From a bacterium (GTDB lineage: Bacteria; Patescibacteriota; Patescibacteriia; JAACEG01; JAGUWE01), in contig JAZDOD010000008.1 of the NCBI GenBank assembly GCA_043798995.1, forward strand, positions 119,468 through 183,467: DNA of 64,000 bases. The letters run 5' to 3'. Position 1 is the stretch's first letter. Each line of letters starts with the position of its first letter. The notes beneath the pieces were generated by a model, which did no database searches, was not told the DNA's origin, and saw nothing but the letters and a program-made list of their open reading frames with translations. Of this stretch, positions 1-9,259 are shown in pieces. The translations under genes and the position numbers were made by a program.

Positions 1-862
1 AAGTATTGTTAAAAATTCAAAAAAAAGGCCGGTTTTAGTAAGTTTTGTTGGCGGTAAAGCAATTGCCGCCGGAGAAAAAATTTTTATCAAACGAAAGATT
101 CCTTTTTTTGAATTCCCAAATCAGGCAGTTAAGGTTTTAGCCCAAGTTTGGCAGGCCGAATTAGCTAAAGAAAAAGCCGCTCAATTCTTTAAGAATTATA
201 AGGAGACCAAAACTTTACCTAAGACCAATAAAACAAAGCAGTTAAAACTTTTTGCCGCGGCCAAGATTCTTAAAAAATATAGTTTGCCTTTAATTAAATC
301 AGTTGCGGTTAATTCTTATAGAGAAGCGCAAAAACAAGCCCGCCTTTTGGGTTTACCGGTCGTTTTAAAAATTAATTCAGAGAAAATTGTTCATAAAACC
401 GAGGTCGGAGCGGTTTTGACAAGATTAATCAGCGACAAAGAAATAAAACAAGCTTTTTTAAAACTAAAAAAGAGATTTCCGCGCGAAGAAATAGTTATTC
501 AGCCGCAACCGAAGGGGTTAGAGCTTCTCTTGGGCTTTAAACGGGATGATAATTTTGGCTTAATTTTTATTTTCGGTTTGGGAGGGATTTATACGGAGGT
601 TCTTAAAGATGCAACCTTGCGTTTAAATTCCCTGGATAAAAAAGAAATTTTAGCCATGTTTAAAGAAACCAGAGCTTATAAGCTTTTGACAGGATATCGT
701 CATTGTGTTAAAGTCGATCTTAATGATTTGGCCAATCTTTTTCTTAGGATGGTACGTTTAGCCAATGAAAATCCGCAAATTTTAGAGTTTGATATTAATC
801 CGCTTATTATTAATGATAATCTTGCTAAAATCGTTGATATTAGGATTATAACAACTAACTGA
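1..862 (+). CDS. ADP-forming acetyl/acyl-CoA synthetase (NDP-forming), 3' part with ATP-grasp domain; 5' end lies outside the window
   Basis: The frame is open from position 2 with no upstream stop. The translation shows a CoA-ligase/ATP-grasp pattern (LLGLPVVLKI, FGLGGIYTEVLKD, DINPLII). The ORF-track Met at 284 is internal. Confidence 0.55.
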   Translation, partial: SIVKNSKKRPVLVSFVGGKAIAAGEKIFIKRKIPFFEFPNQAVKVLAQVWQAELAKEKAAQFFKNYKETKTLPKTNKTKQLKLFAAAKILKKYSLPLIKSVAVNSYREAQKQARLLGLPVVLKINSEKIVHKTEVGAVLTRLISDKEIKQAFLKLKKRFPREEIVIQPQPKGLELLLGFKRDDNFGLIFIFGLGGIYTEVLKDATLRLNSLDKKEILAMFKETRAYKLLTGYRHCVKVDLNDLANLFLRMVRLANENPQILEFDINPLIINDNLAKIVDIRIITTN

Positions 863-871
863 ATTAATTTT

Positions 872-1096
872 ATGAAAGAAAAAATAATTAAGGAATTGGA
901 TTTGGTTAGAATTAATCTTCAGGCTCATGGCGGAGATGTGGAATTTGTTGATTTTGATGAAACTCAAGGCAAACTTCAAGTAAGATTAATTGGGGCTTGT
1001 CAGGGTTGTCCGATGGCAACTTTAACGCTTAAACAGGGCATTGAAAAACATTTTAAAAATAAGTTTAAAAAAATAAAAGAAGTTGAAGCAGTTTAA
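872..1096 (+). CDS. NifU-like Fe-S cluster assembly domain protein
   Basis: 74 aa carrying the CQGCPMATLTLKQGIE motif typical of the Nfu/NifU C-terminal domain. Confidence 0.7.
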   Translation: MKEKIIKELDLVRINLQAHGGDVEFVDFDETQGKLQVRLIGACQGCPMATLTLKQGIEKHFKNKFKKIKEVEAV

Positions 1097-1118
1097 ATTT
1101 TAAGAATATTACTAATTA

Positions 1119-1148
1119 TAAAACCGCCGAAAAGGCGGTTTTTTTTAA
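1119..1148. terminator. rho-independent terminator (bidirectional A-tract / hairpin / T-tract)
   Basis: CCGCC-GAAAA-GGCGG stem-loop followed by T8, with an A-run before it. It sits between convergent genes. Confidence 0.7.
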
Positions 1149-1168
1149 AATCATCTTTTTTAGAAAAA

Positions 1169-1459
1169 TCAATAAGGCTTAAAAGGATTTTTGAGATTTT
1201 CAAAATTAATTTCTTTTCCTTGTTGTTTTTTATTGAGATTTTCCGAGATTTTTTGATACAAATTTGTCTGAATGTCTTCGGTAAAGACAATCCCACTTTT
1301 CAAAGAGTTTATTTTTTCTATTTTTTGCAAAGAAAGATAGACATTCTGATATAAAAAATAACTAAAATAAGCCAGGGTAGAAATAAAAATTACTAATATC
1401 AAAAGATTTAAGTATCTGATTAACTGATAAAGTGAATTAATTTTAATTTTTAATTTCAT
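1169..1459 (-). CDS. small membrane protein, last gene of the pilus operon
   Basis: 96 aa with one hydrophobic segment, co-oriented and adjacent to the PilO-like gene. Confidence 0.35.
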   Translation of the reverse strand: MKLKIKINSLYQLIRYLNLLILVIFISTLAYFSYFLYQNVYLSLQKIEKINSLKSGIVFTEDIQTNLYQKISENLNKKQQGKEINFENLKNPFKPY

Positions 1460-1468
1460 AAAAATAAA

Positions 1469-2035
1469 TTATTGCTCATAATAAATTTTACCGGAAAGCT
1501 CAACCGTCAAATTGCCAGAAGACTCGGTCGGTAAATAAAAATCAGATCTTGAGGTTGGGCCTGAGGCGATGTCACTGGCAGTCAGATTAACTAAACTCAC
1601 TATTAAATAGTAGTTTGTTCTGTCTAGTTCATTGATAAATTTGAGAATTTTATCAAACTCGCCGAATAAAGTTATTTTTACCGGCAAAAAACTTTCGCTG
1701 CCTTCATTTTGCAGAGTGCCGATATTTGGTATCTGCTCAATCTGATATTTATCCGCCAATATTTCAATTTTCTGAATAAAAGAGAGTTCATCACCTTTTT
1801 TAATAAAAATATCAGTTTTAGATAGTTCATTTTTGATTTTATTAAGATCGGTCAAACTTTCTTTGATATTATTAGTTTTTAATTTTTTGCCTTCAAGCGA
1901 GAAAAGCTCGTCGTTCATATCTGCATTTATCTTTTTAATTTCGCCGTAAAAAGGCCAAATGACAAAATAACAAAGACCGCCGATAATGGCTAAAAGAGGA
2001 ATAAGATAATAAATTGTGCTTTTAATTTTGGCCAT
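1469..2035 (-). CDS. PilO-like pilus assembly protein
   Basis: N-terminal TM followed by coiled-coil and a periplasmic domain, placed after the PilN-like and PilM genes. Confidence 0.45.
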   Translation of the reverse strand: MAKIKSTIYYLIPLLAIIGGLCYFVIWPFYGEIKKINADMNDELFSLEGKKLKTNNIKESLTDLNKIKNELSKTDIFIKKGDELSFIQKIEILADKYQIEQIPNIGTLQNEGSESFLPVKITLFGEFDKILKFINELDRTNYYLIVSLVNLTASDIASGPTSRSDFYLPTESSGNLTVELSGKIYYEQ

Positions 2036-2050
2036 TTTAAAAGTTTTGAT

Positions 2051-2608
2051 TTAAAGATTAAAAACATCATTTTTTAGTTTGGCCATAAGCTGGAAATCAA
2101 TATTTTCTTTCTTGAGAAGATTACTGATCGGAAAGTCAACTTCACTAAAGCCGTTAGTTTGATTTAAATTAGTTTTAAGATCTAGGAGATCTTTTCTATT
2201 TTTAGCTCGGCCGTTGAGAGAAATCAGCCAGTAATAATTTTTATTTTCTTCTTTTTTTTCAATTTTAAGATTAGTCAGAAAAATATTTTCCGGCACAATT
2301 TTAATTAGAAAATCAATTTTTTCTGCCACGGGATTATAATCAGACTGAATTTTATTTATTAATTTAAGTTTATTATTTAATTCTTTAATATCCTGATTGA
2401 AACTGCTGAATTTTTTATTTCCATTTTCAGAAATTAATTGACTGTAGTTATTATTAAGAAGATATTTGCCAACACCAAGGCCCAAGCTGATAATAAAAAT
2501 CAAAAGAAAAATAAAAATAAAGAGTTTTTCAAAAAGCAGATGACTGCGTTTTTGTTCAATATGGATTCGCTGTTCAGCCGAAATTAGATTAAGATTAAGG
2601 TTAATCAT
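2051..2608 (-). CDS. PilN-like fimbrial assembly protein
   Basis: Short cytoplasmic N-terminus, one TM and a coiled-coil, immediately downstream of pilM. Confidence 0.45.
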   Translation of the reverse strand: MINLNLNLISAEQRIHIEQKRSHLLFEKLFIFIFLLIFIISLGLGVGKYLLNNNYSQLISENGNKKFSSFNQDIKELNNKLKLINKIQSDYNPVAEKIDFLIKIVPENIFLTNLKIEKKEENKNYYWLISLNGRAKNRKDLLDLKTNLNQTNGFSEVDFPISNLLKKENIDFQLMAKLKNDVFNL

Positions 2609-2616
2609 ATAAGTTT

Positions 2617-3711
2617 TTAGTAAATCAGATTTTTATCATGCACGCCCCTCAAGGCTAAGCCAAGCGCAGTAGTAAATTTAAGAGCCAAGCATTGATCGAA
2701 GGACTTATAAGTTCTGCCAATATTAACAAGGGGATTAGCTTTTTTGATATTTTTACCCAAAACAGTTTTTAGATTTTCTTCCAAGCCGCTTAAATTGGCT
2801 CCGCCTCCGCAAATGACAAGCTCGTTTATTTCTTGAGCTTCGGTAAAATGGTCTTTATAAAAGTTAATCGCTTCTTTTATTTTTTGGATTAAATGTTTGG
2901 TATTATCAGTCAATATTTCAGTTAAAATTGTCTGACATTCTTTATTTATACTACAAACAATTTTGGCTTTCTCGGCTTGTTCAAGAGAAATATTTAGGCG
3001 TTTGGCAATAGTTTCGGTTAAAATTTTGCCGGAAATCGGCAAACTGACGGTAAATTTTATATTATTCTGATCAAAAATAATAAGACTCGTTCTGACTCGG
3101 CCAAAGTCAATAATCATTTTTGCCCCGACATCTTGATTTTTATTGATCGGAAAAAGACTGCGGATGATTGCCATTGATTCAATTTCCAAAGCCACCGGTT
3201 CAAAACCGCAATATTTTAGCACCCCCAGATAATTATTAACTATGCTTTTGGGAGCAGCGCCAATCAGAATTTCAGTTGAGTTAGCGGTTTTACTAACTAC
3301 TTGCCAGTCCAGATATATTTCCTTGATTGGCAGGGGAATGTGTTCTTCGGTTTCGCGGCTGATTATCTCCGGAATTATTAACTCGCCTTTATCATATTTT
3401 TTTTCTTTAAGTTCCGAGCTTTCCGATTCAATTTTAATCCATTTAATAAATGTTTTCGGCTCAGGCAGAACCGAAATTACATTTTTGGTTTTAATTTTTT
3501 TGCCATTGATTTTCTTAAAAAGCAATTCCACACTTTTTTTGAATTGTTCCTGGTCTCGAATTTCGCCATGCTGAATACAGCCCTCCGGCAGATCTACGCT
3601 GCTAAAAGAAGTTAATTTAACAATTTTGCCGATTTTTTTTAGCTGAACTAATTTTAAAGTTAGTTCTCCAATATCCAGAGCAAAGGGCAAATTTTTTAAT
3701 ATTAAGGACAT
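2617..3711 (-). CDS. pilM: type IV pilus assembly protein PilM (actin-like ATPase fold)
   Basis: 364 aa with an FtsA/PilM-like fold and motifs (LVICGGGANLSGL, DIGELTLKLVQL), in operon context. Confidence 0.7.
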   Translation of the reverse strand: MSLILKNLPFALDIGELTLKLVQLKKIGKIVKLTSFSSVDLPEGCIQHGEIRDQEQFKKSVELLFKKINGKKIKTKNVISVLPEPKTFIKWIKIESESSELKEKKYDKGELIIPEIISRETEEHIPLPIKEIYLDWQVVSKTANSTEILIGAAPKSIVNNYLGVLKYCGFEPVALEIESMAIIRSLFPINKNQDVGAKMIIDFGRVRTSLIIFDQNNIKFTVSLPISGKILTETIAKRLNISLEQAEKAKIVCSINKECQTILTEILTDNTKHLIQKIKEAINFYKDHFTEAQEINELVICGGGANLSGLEENLKTVLGKNIKKANPLVNIGRTYKSFDQCLALKFTTALGLALRGVHDKNLIY

Positions 3712-3715
3712 AATT

Positions 3716-5176
3716 TTAGGGATTAAGTTCGCGCCATGAAATAAAAGTATATTCGCCGGATGTAGGAAAGGAGGGCGGCGGACTAAAAGTTAAGTGACCA
3801 TCGTAGGTAATGGTTCGGTTTTGATAACCCGAGCAGTAAGTTTCTCCGCAACTCCAGCTAAAACCATAACGGTTGTAAGTTGCCAGCGAACCGTATAAAG
3901 CGATTGAGTTTCTTTCATAATAAGTTGAGCTGCAACTTGAAGTAAAATAATAGCGGCCGATTCTGCCACTTTTGGCCACCAGCGAAGCGTCAATTTCCAA
4001 ATTGTCGTCACTGTATAAACCAACGGTAATGTTGCGCTGGGCAATTAAACCCAAAACATCAGAGCCGTTTTTATTAGTATACAATAAATTATGATTGATG
4101 ATAATATCAGCATCGCCGCTAGCCAAAGGTTCTCGGGCCGCTACCAAAGTAAGGCGGCTATTATTAATTTGGCCGTCAACCCAAACCTTATCTTCAATAA
4201 AGATTATGCCATTAGCCGGCAGAGGTTCGCCTAATTGAGGATTGTTCATAGTTTGGGCAATGCCGTCGGTATCGGTACTGCCACAAGTGTCTGTAACCGT
4301 TTTTACTATATAAATATCTACGGTTTGATTGGAATTAAAGTGCAGCCAATAACCGCGTTTGTTGGATTTATCAAGATAGAGTCCGTTGTTTTTAGCCAAT
4401 GTTTTTAAATCAGCCAGATTAGTAGTAAAGCCGTTAAAATCAACTGTGGTTACAGGAAATTTTCGGCCGGCTTGAAAAACATCCGTTCTTTGGGGGACAG
4501 CGGCTGGTGGTTGCGGGTCTTGAGGAGCAGTATGAGTATGGACTCCGAATTCAGTTTGGCTGTCATCTGGATCAACATAAGTTTGTCTGGCGCTGGTAAC
4601 AATATTGTGTGCCACGCCGTCAAATCTAATGCCGCCATTGGAATGAATCGGGCCATAGGTTTGGGTGCCGCTGCCAAAACGCATATCGGCATTTGCCACC
4701 ACAGCATAGGCAGAGAGCGCCGGAATGCCGTATTGAGCCAGAATTATTCGCTTGATATTTGGATAACTCAAAAGCCAGCCGGTTGATTGAATTGAAACAA
4801 TGGTAGTGTTAGGCATAGGCGTGATAATTAAGCTGAATTGGCCGATGATGTTGCCCTGAGGGTCGCGAAAATCATGGACATAAGGGCCGGCTCCGCCGGT
4901 TCCGTCCTGAAAATCGTCTGGTTCGTGCGCTAAATGCCAGCGGTAATAATTAATGCCGGCTTCAGCCACATGAATCGCTTGGGCTTTGGCTACTTTGTAT
5001 TTATTCAACTTATACTGATAAACCACCAGCGAAAGCAATCCGCCGGCTAAAATGATGAAGATGGAGGTGAAAACGAGAAGGGAAACCAAGATAGCTCCTT
5101 GATTAATAACTTCTGACTTCTGACTTTTTCCGCCAGAGGCGGATCCGCCTTTGGCGGAGACTTTTGACTTTATCAT
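3716..5176 (-). CDS. PilX-like minor pilin / pilus-associated protein
   Basis: N-terminal QGAILVSLLVF hydrophobic helix resembling the PilX_N domain, with no Glu at position +5. A large Gly/Thr-rich extracellular domain follows. Confidence 0.4.
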   Translation of the reverse strand: MIKSKVSAKGGSASGGKSQKSEVINQGAILVSLLVFTSIFIILAGGLLSLVVYQYKLNKYKVAKAQAIHVAEAGINYYRWHLAHEPDDFQDGTGGAGPYVHDFRDPQGNIIGQFSLIITPMPNTTIVSIQSTGWLLSYPNIKRIILAQYGIPALSAYAVVANADMRFGSGTQTYGPIHSNGGIRFDGVAHNIVTSARQTYVDPDDSQTEFGVHTHTAPQDPQPPAAVPQRTDVFQAGRKFPVTTVDFNGFTTNLADLKTLAKNNGLYLDKSNKRGYWLHFNSNQTVDIYIVKTVTDTCGSTDTDGIAQTMNNPQLGEPLPANGIIFIEDKVWVDGQINNSRLTLVAAREPLASGDADIIINHNLLYTNKNGSDVLGLIAQRNITVGLYSDDNLEIDASLVAKSGRIGRYYFTSSCSSTYYERNSIALYGSLATYNRYGFSWSCGETYCSGYQNRTITYDGHLTFSPPPSFPTSGEYTFISWRELNP

Positions 5177-5778
5177 AAATTGTCTTTCAAATTTCTAATT
5201 TGAATATCGGTTTCTAAATTATATTGCTGGGGTGATTTGCCGGGCTTGATATCAACTTTAAGGTAAGCGTGGACTAATCTGATTAAATTTTTGTCAATTG
5301 GTTGAGTTAATTGGTTGTTGCTACCATCAAAATAAGTAAAGATCGGAGTTGTTAGATTATTGACATAGCCGGCAATAAGAGTAATAACCTCGTTTTGGAC
5401 AAGATATTCGGCCGGCGAGCCGGTTGGGTCAATCACCCCTTTATTTAAATCAGTGCCGTTTAAAAAATAACGGACCCGTTCGGCCGAGCCATCACCATCA
5501 ATGTCAGAATAAAAAGTCAGGTTCTGCGCACCGGCATCCTCAATTAAATAGTCGCCGCGGTCGCTGGCAATTGCTTCGCGGATTTCCTTGGTCATAACTT
5601 CCAAACCATCGCGGGCGCTTTTGACTTGATAATCCAATTCAGAGCCAAAAGTACTGATCCGATAACCCTGAATAAAAAATGCCGTTGCCATACCAACAAC
5701 CATAACAAAAATACCAAGACTGATTATCATTTCTAAAAGAGTAAATCCAGCTTGATTTTTTAAAATTTTTAAATTCAT
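5173..5778 (-). CDS. type IV prepilin-like pseudopilin (N-methylation motif)
   Basis: Class III signal KNQAG/FTLLEMIISLGIF. Confidence 0.7.
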   Translation of the reverse strand: MNLKILKNQAGFTLLEMIISLGIFVMVVGMATAFFIQGYRISTFGSELDYQVKSARDGLEVMTKEIREAIASDRGDYLIEDAGAQNLTFYSDIDGDGSAERVRYFLNGTDLNKGVIDPTGSPAEYLVQNEVITLIAGYVNNLTTPIFTYFDGSNNQLTQPIDKNLIRLVHAYLKVDIKPGKSPQQYNLETDIQIRNLKDNL

Positions 5779-7968
5779 TTAATTAAGGTTTAAATAAATT
5801 GTCTGGGAAGAATTAGGCAGGAGATTAATCGGTTGGACCGGATTACTTAATTTAATGGTATAACCGCCGGTAGTGGCAATGGTGTAAAGATCCCATTCCA
5901 TAGTATTTAAAAGCAGACGACCATCGCTGTCGGTTGAAAGACTGTTGTCGGAGTATTTATGAATATCCGGATCAGTGCCGATTAATTTAGCGCCGGTAAT
6001 AGCAAGAGGAACACTGCCGACATAAGTGATTTCCTGCGGCGCTTCAAACTTGGCAGCATAAATATTAAAATTATTATTGCGGTTATCTTGCCAGGTAACA
6101 TAAACAGTGCCGCTGGAATCAACAGCCAAACTGGCTGAATATTGGTCAGTGGCCGTATTATCAGTGTTGACTCTTAAATCCGACTCCCATTGCTTGACAC
6201 CATCCAGATTATATTTTTGGGCATAAACGTCGCGATTGCCTTGGCGTTCGTCAGTCCAGGCAAAATAAACAAAATTGCCGCTGACTATAATTGAGGAATA
6301 ATATTGATCAGTCGCAGTGCTGTCGGTATTAATTTTAATGTCCGAACCCCAGAGGTTGGTGCCGTCCGGGCTGTATTTTTGAGCGTAAATATTTTGATTG
6401 CCATCGCGCCAGTCAGTCCAGCTAAAATAGATGTTGCCATTTGAGTCAAAGTCAAAACTCGTAAAATTTTGTGCGGCCGTGCCCGAGTCGGTATTAATTT
6501 TTAAATCATTAGCCCAGAGTTTAGTGCCGGCTGAATCAAATTTTTGGGAATAAATATCCTGATTGCCAGCCCGACTGTCAGTCCAGGCGACATAGACATT
6601 GTTATCGCTGTCAATTTTAAGATAGGGGTTAATCTGGCAATTGCCCGGGCTGTCGCTCGTGGCTTTAACTTCAGCTGCCCAGCCATTATTGCCAGCGGGC
6701 GTGATTTTGTGAAGATAAATGTCGCCGCAATCATCACGATCATCCTGCCAGACAACATAGCAATTATTGGCGCCGTCAACATCAATAATGGGCAAAATCT
6801 GATCAGCTGAATTAGCGCCGGTATCAATTTTTTTAGAGCCAGACCAGAGATCATTGCCGTTAGCGTCCCTCTTGATTAAGAAAACATCCTGATTGCCATT
6901 AACATCATCGTTCCAGGCGTAATAAATATTATTTTGCGAATCTAAAGCCATGTCCGGATTAACCTGGTTAACGGCGCTGGAAACGCGCGCATCCGGGCTC
7001 CAGCCCGGCGTTTCATCAGTTTTATATTTTTGAGAATAAATTCTGGGTGAGTTAGCCGAATCGCGATAATCTTCCCAAGCAAAATACATATTGCCCAGAG
7101 AATCAATTTCCAAAGTCGGGTTATAATGAGAGGCGCCGGAGCTATCGGTGTTGATTTGCCAATTGTCAGGCAAAGCTTGGCGCATGGTATAAATTGTTAA
7201 ACTACTGACTAAATCAATGGCAAAACTAATGTCGGTTTTTTGGCCGGCAAAAACCGAAGCGTGGGGTTTGGTGGGATTGGGATTTTGTATTGTTCGATCA
7301 TAAGTTTGATCAGTGCTATAACCGGTTTTGGTGACAGTAACTTTATAGCTTTCAATTGAAGCCGGAGCGCCGGGAAAGATGGCATGGCCTTCGGCGTTGG
7401 TTAAAACGTCAATTAAAATTTGTGGATTGACAGCGGAATTTTCAATATGGACATTAGCGCCGTTAATTGGATTGCCGTTAGCATTAAAAACAGTAATGTA
7501 TAATGTGCCGCCGCCGAGATTAGTTTCAATGCCTTTGGGGGCAATATCAGAAATTATTGCAACCGAACTGCCTAAATAACTTTGCCAACTAACATTGATT
7601 CTGACGCGCTTGTAATCATTGCCTAATAAATCAGCAGGAACTCCGCCAACCGTGCCATCGAAAGGATCGTCAATATAAATAACTTGGGTAGAAACAGTGT
7701 AGGTAACGCCATTTCTGATTATTTGTTCAGTTTGCGCAATACTGCCTGACGGGATACCGCCCTGAGTGCCAACACTGTTGTAGGGAAGGTTGCGGATTCG
7801 TTCCATTTTTTCATTAGCCAGAGAAATAGCGCCGATTCTGGATTTATTGGTGCCGATTATTTTCAGGGCATAATCAAACATATTAAAAATTGCCAAAACC
7901 AAAAGACTGGCAACAAAAATAGTGATAAGAACCTCAATAAGAGTAAAGCCGTAATTTTTTTTTCTCAT
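5779..7968 (-). CDS. giant type IV pilin: prepilin N-terminus, CarboxypepD_reg-like Ig domain and a 7x PD40/TolB-like beta-propeller
   Basis: Prepilin motif YG/FTLIEVL. Seven repeats of about 48 aa matching Y[FV][AV]W.D.R.GN.[DN][IV]Y.QK[YF]...G..W..D..[IV]NTD. Confidence 0.7.
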   Translation of the reverse strand: MRKKNYGFTLIEVLITIFVASLLVLAIFNMFDYALKIIGTNKSRIGAISLANEKMERIRNLPYNSVGTQGGIPSGSIAQTEQIIRNGVTYTVSTQVIYIDDPFDGTVGGVPADLLGNDYKRVRINVSWQSYLGSSVAIISDIAPKGIETNLGGGTLYITVFNANGNPINGANVHIENSAVNPQILIDVLTNAEGHAIFPGAPASIESYKVTVTKTGYSTDQTYDRTIQNPNPTKPHASVFAGQKTDISFAIDLVSSLTIYTMRQALPDNWQINTDSSGASHYNPTLEIDSLGNMYFAWEDYRDSANSPRIYSQKYKTDETPGWSPDARVSSAVNQVNPDMALDSQNNIYYAWNDDVNGNQDVFLIKRDANGNDLWSGSKKIDTGANSADQILPIIDVDGANNCYVVWQDDRDDCGDIYLHKITPAGNNGWAAEVKATSDSPGNCQINPYLKIDSDNNVYVAWTDSRAGNQDIYSQKFDSAGTKLWANDLKINTDSGTAAQNFTSFDFDSNGNIYFSWTDWRDGNQNIYAQKYSPDGTNLWGSDIKINTDSTATDQYYSSIIVSGNFVYFAWTDERQGNRDVYAQKYNLDGVKQWESDLRVNTDNTATDQYSASLAVDSSGTVYVTWQDNRNNNFNIYAAKFEAPQEITYVGSVPLAITGAKLIGTDPDIHKYSDNSLSTDSDGRLLLNTMEWDLYTIATTGGYTIKLSNPVQPINLLPNSSQTIYLNLN

Positions 7969-8100
7969 TTTTATAAAATTTAAAATTAAAAATCAAATAT
8001 AAAAAATTTAAAACACATATTTAAAAATAAAAAAATAATTTTTGCATTTTTGGTTTGCATTTTTTGTTTTTGAAATTTTATATTTTATTTTTCAGTATTT

Positions 8101-9165
8101 TTATATTGCTTGCGTTAACGAATACATCGGCATGATGACAGCAATAGCCATGCCAGCCACGGCCACGCCCAAAATAAGAATTAATACCGGTTCAATTATT
8201 GAAGGCAAATTTTTCATAATTTGATCAATGTCGTTTTCATAAAATTCAGCCAACTCTTCTAAAACATTATCAAGACTGCCGGTTTGTTCGCCAACGAGAA
8301 TCATCTGGGTGACAACCGGCGGAAAAAGAGATCCATTTTTCTTTAGTAATTCTCCCAAAGAAATACCTTTGGTAACGCTGCGCGAAGCTTTAAGCACTTC
8401 TTCTTTGTATAAAACATTGCCTAAGATATTGGCCGTGATATCAAGAGTTTGCATAATCGGAATATCAGTTTTTAAAAGGGAAGAGAAAGTGCGGGAAAAG
8501 CGGGCTAAATTTATTTTTTTGATTATCGACGCAATAATAGGTAGTCGTAAAAGTATTGAATGAAAAATATATTTGCCGCGTTTGGTTGAAATTAATTTGA
8601 AGAAAAAATAAATTAACCCGATCAAGGCAATAATAACAACCAGATAATTTTGGATAACAAACTCGCTGGTCGCCATAAGAACCCGGGTTGGCAAAGGCAA
8701 AGTTACCTCCGCTTCTTTAAAGACAGCCGTAATTTTGGGAATGACAAAAACTATCATTAAAGTGCCAATGACAATCATGGCAAAAACTACCACGGCCGGA
8801 TAAATCATCGCGCCTTTGACCTTGGAACGAAGTTCATGATCTTTTTTCATCTGAATATAGATTCGGCGCAGGACATTTTCCAACTGGCCGCTGGCTTCCC
8901 CGGCTTTAATCATATTGACAAAAAGATTGTCAAAAACACGGTTGTATTTGGCCAAATGATTGGAAAGCGGTTCACCCTTTTCCACCCCTTGAGTAATATC
9001 AACAATGATTTCTTTAAATCGTTTGTTTTCGGTTTGAAGCGAAAGCGTTTTTAAAGCCTCGGCCAGTGAAATCCCTGCTTTAAGCATTACTTCTAAGTGC
9101 TGGACGAAAAAAATTTTCTCTTTGACAGGAATTCGTTTAAACTTTTTTAAAAAATTTAATTGCAT
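8101..9165 (-). CDS. pilC: type IV pilus inner-membrane platform protein PilC (GspF family)
   Basis: T2SS-F domain motifs, 3 TM segments, 354 aa. Confidence 0.8.
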   Translation of the reverse strand: MQLNFLKKFKRIPVKEKIFFVQHLEVMLKAGISLAEALKTLSLQTENKRFKEIIVDITQGVEKGEPLSNHLAKYNRVFDNLFVNMIKAGEASGQLENVLRRIYIQMKKDHELRSKVKGAMIYPAVVVFAMIVIGTLMIVFVIPKITAVFKEAEVTLPLPTRVLMATSEFVIQNYLVVIIALIGLIYFFFKLISTKRGKYIFHSILLRLPIIASIIKKINLARFSRTFSSLLKTDIPIMQTLDITANILGNVLYKEEVLKASRSVTKGISLGELLKKNGSLFPPVVTQMILVGEQTGSLDNVLEELAEFYENDIDQIMKNLPSIIEPVLILILGVAVAGMAIAVIMPMYSLTQAI

Positions 9166-9174
9166 AAAGACAAT

Positions 9175-9252
9175 AAATTTTTATTATCAAGCGAGCGAGA
9201 CCCACCAAAGTTTTTGAAAAAAATTTAGGCGGGCGAGCGAGCGCTGATATCA
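9175..9252. repeat. GC-rich MITE-like element (copy 1), ends TTATCAAGCGAGCGAGA ... GCGAGCGCTGATATCAA
   Basis: Both ends recur in inverted orientation at 52700-52810 with a different interior. Confidence 0.6.
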
Positions 9253-9259
9253 AAGGGTC

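Noticed and set aside
3242-3574. Plus-strand ORF inside pilM, and similar antisense ORFs at 4472-4786, 6544-6810, 22136-22588, 23203-23640 and elsewhere.
   Set aside because: Each is fully antisense to or overlaps a strongly supported gene. They have low-complexity composition and no start signals.
8042-8224. 60-aa plus-strand ORF at the pilC 3' end.
   Set aside because: It overlaps the pilC C-terminus on the opposite strand and lies in an AT-rich promoter region. It is probably spurious.
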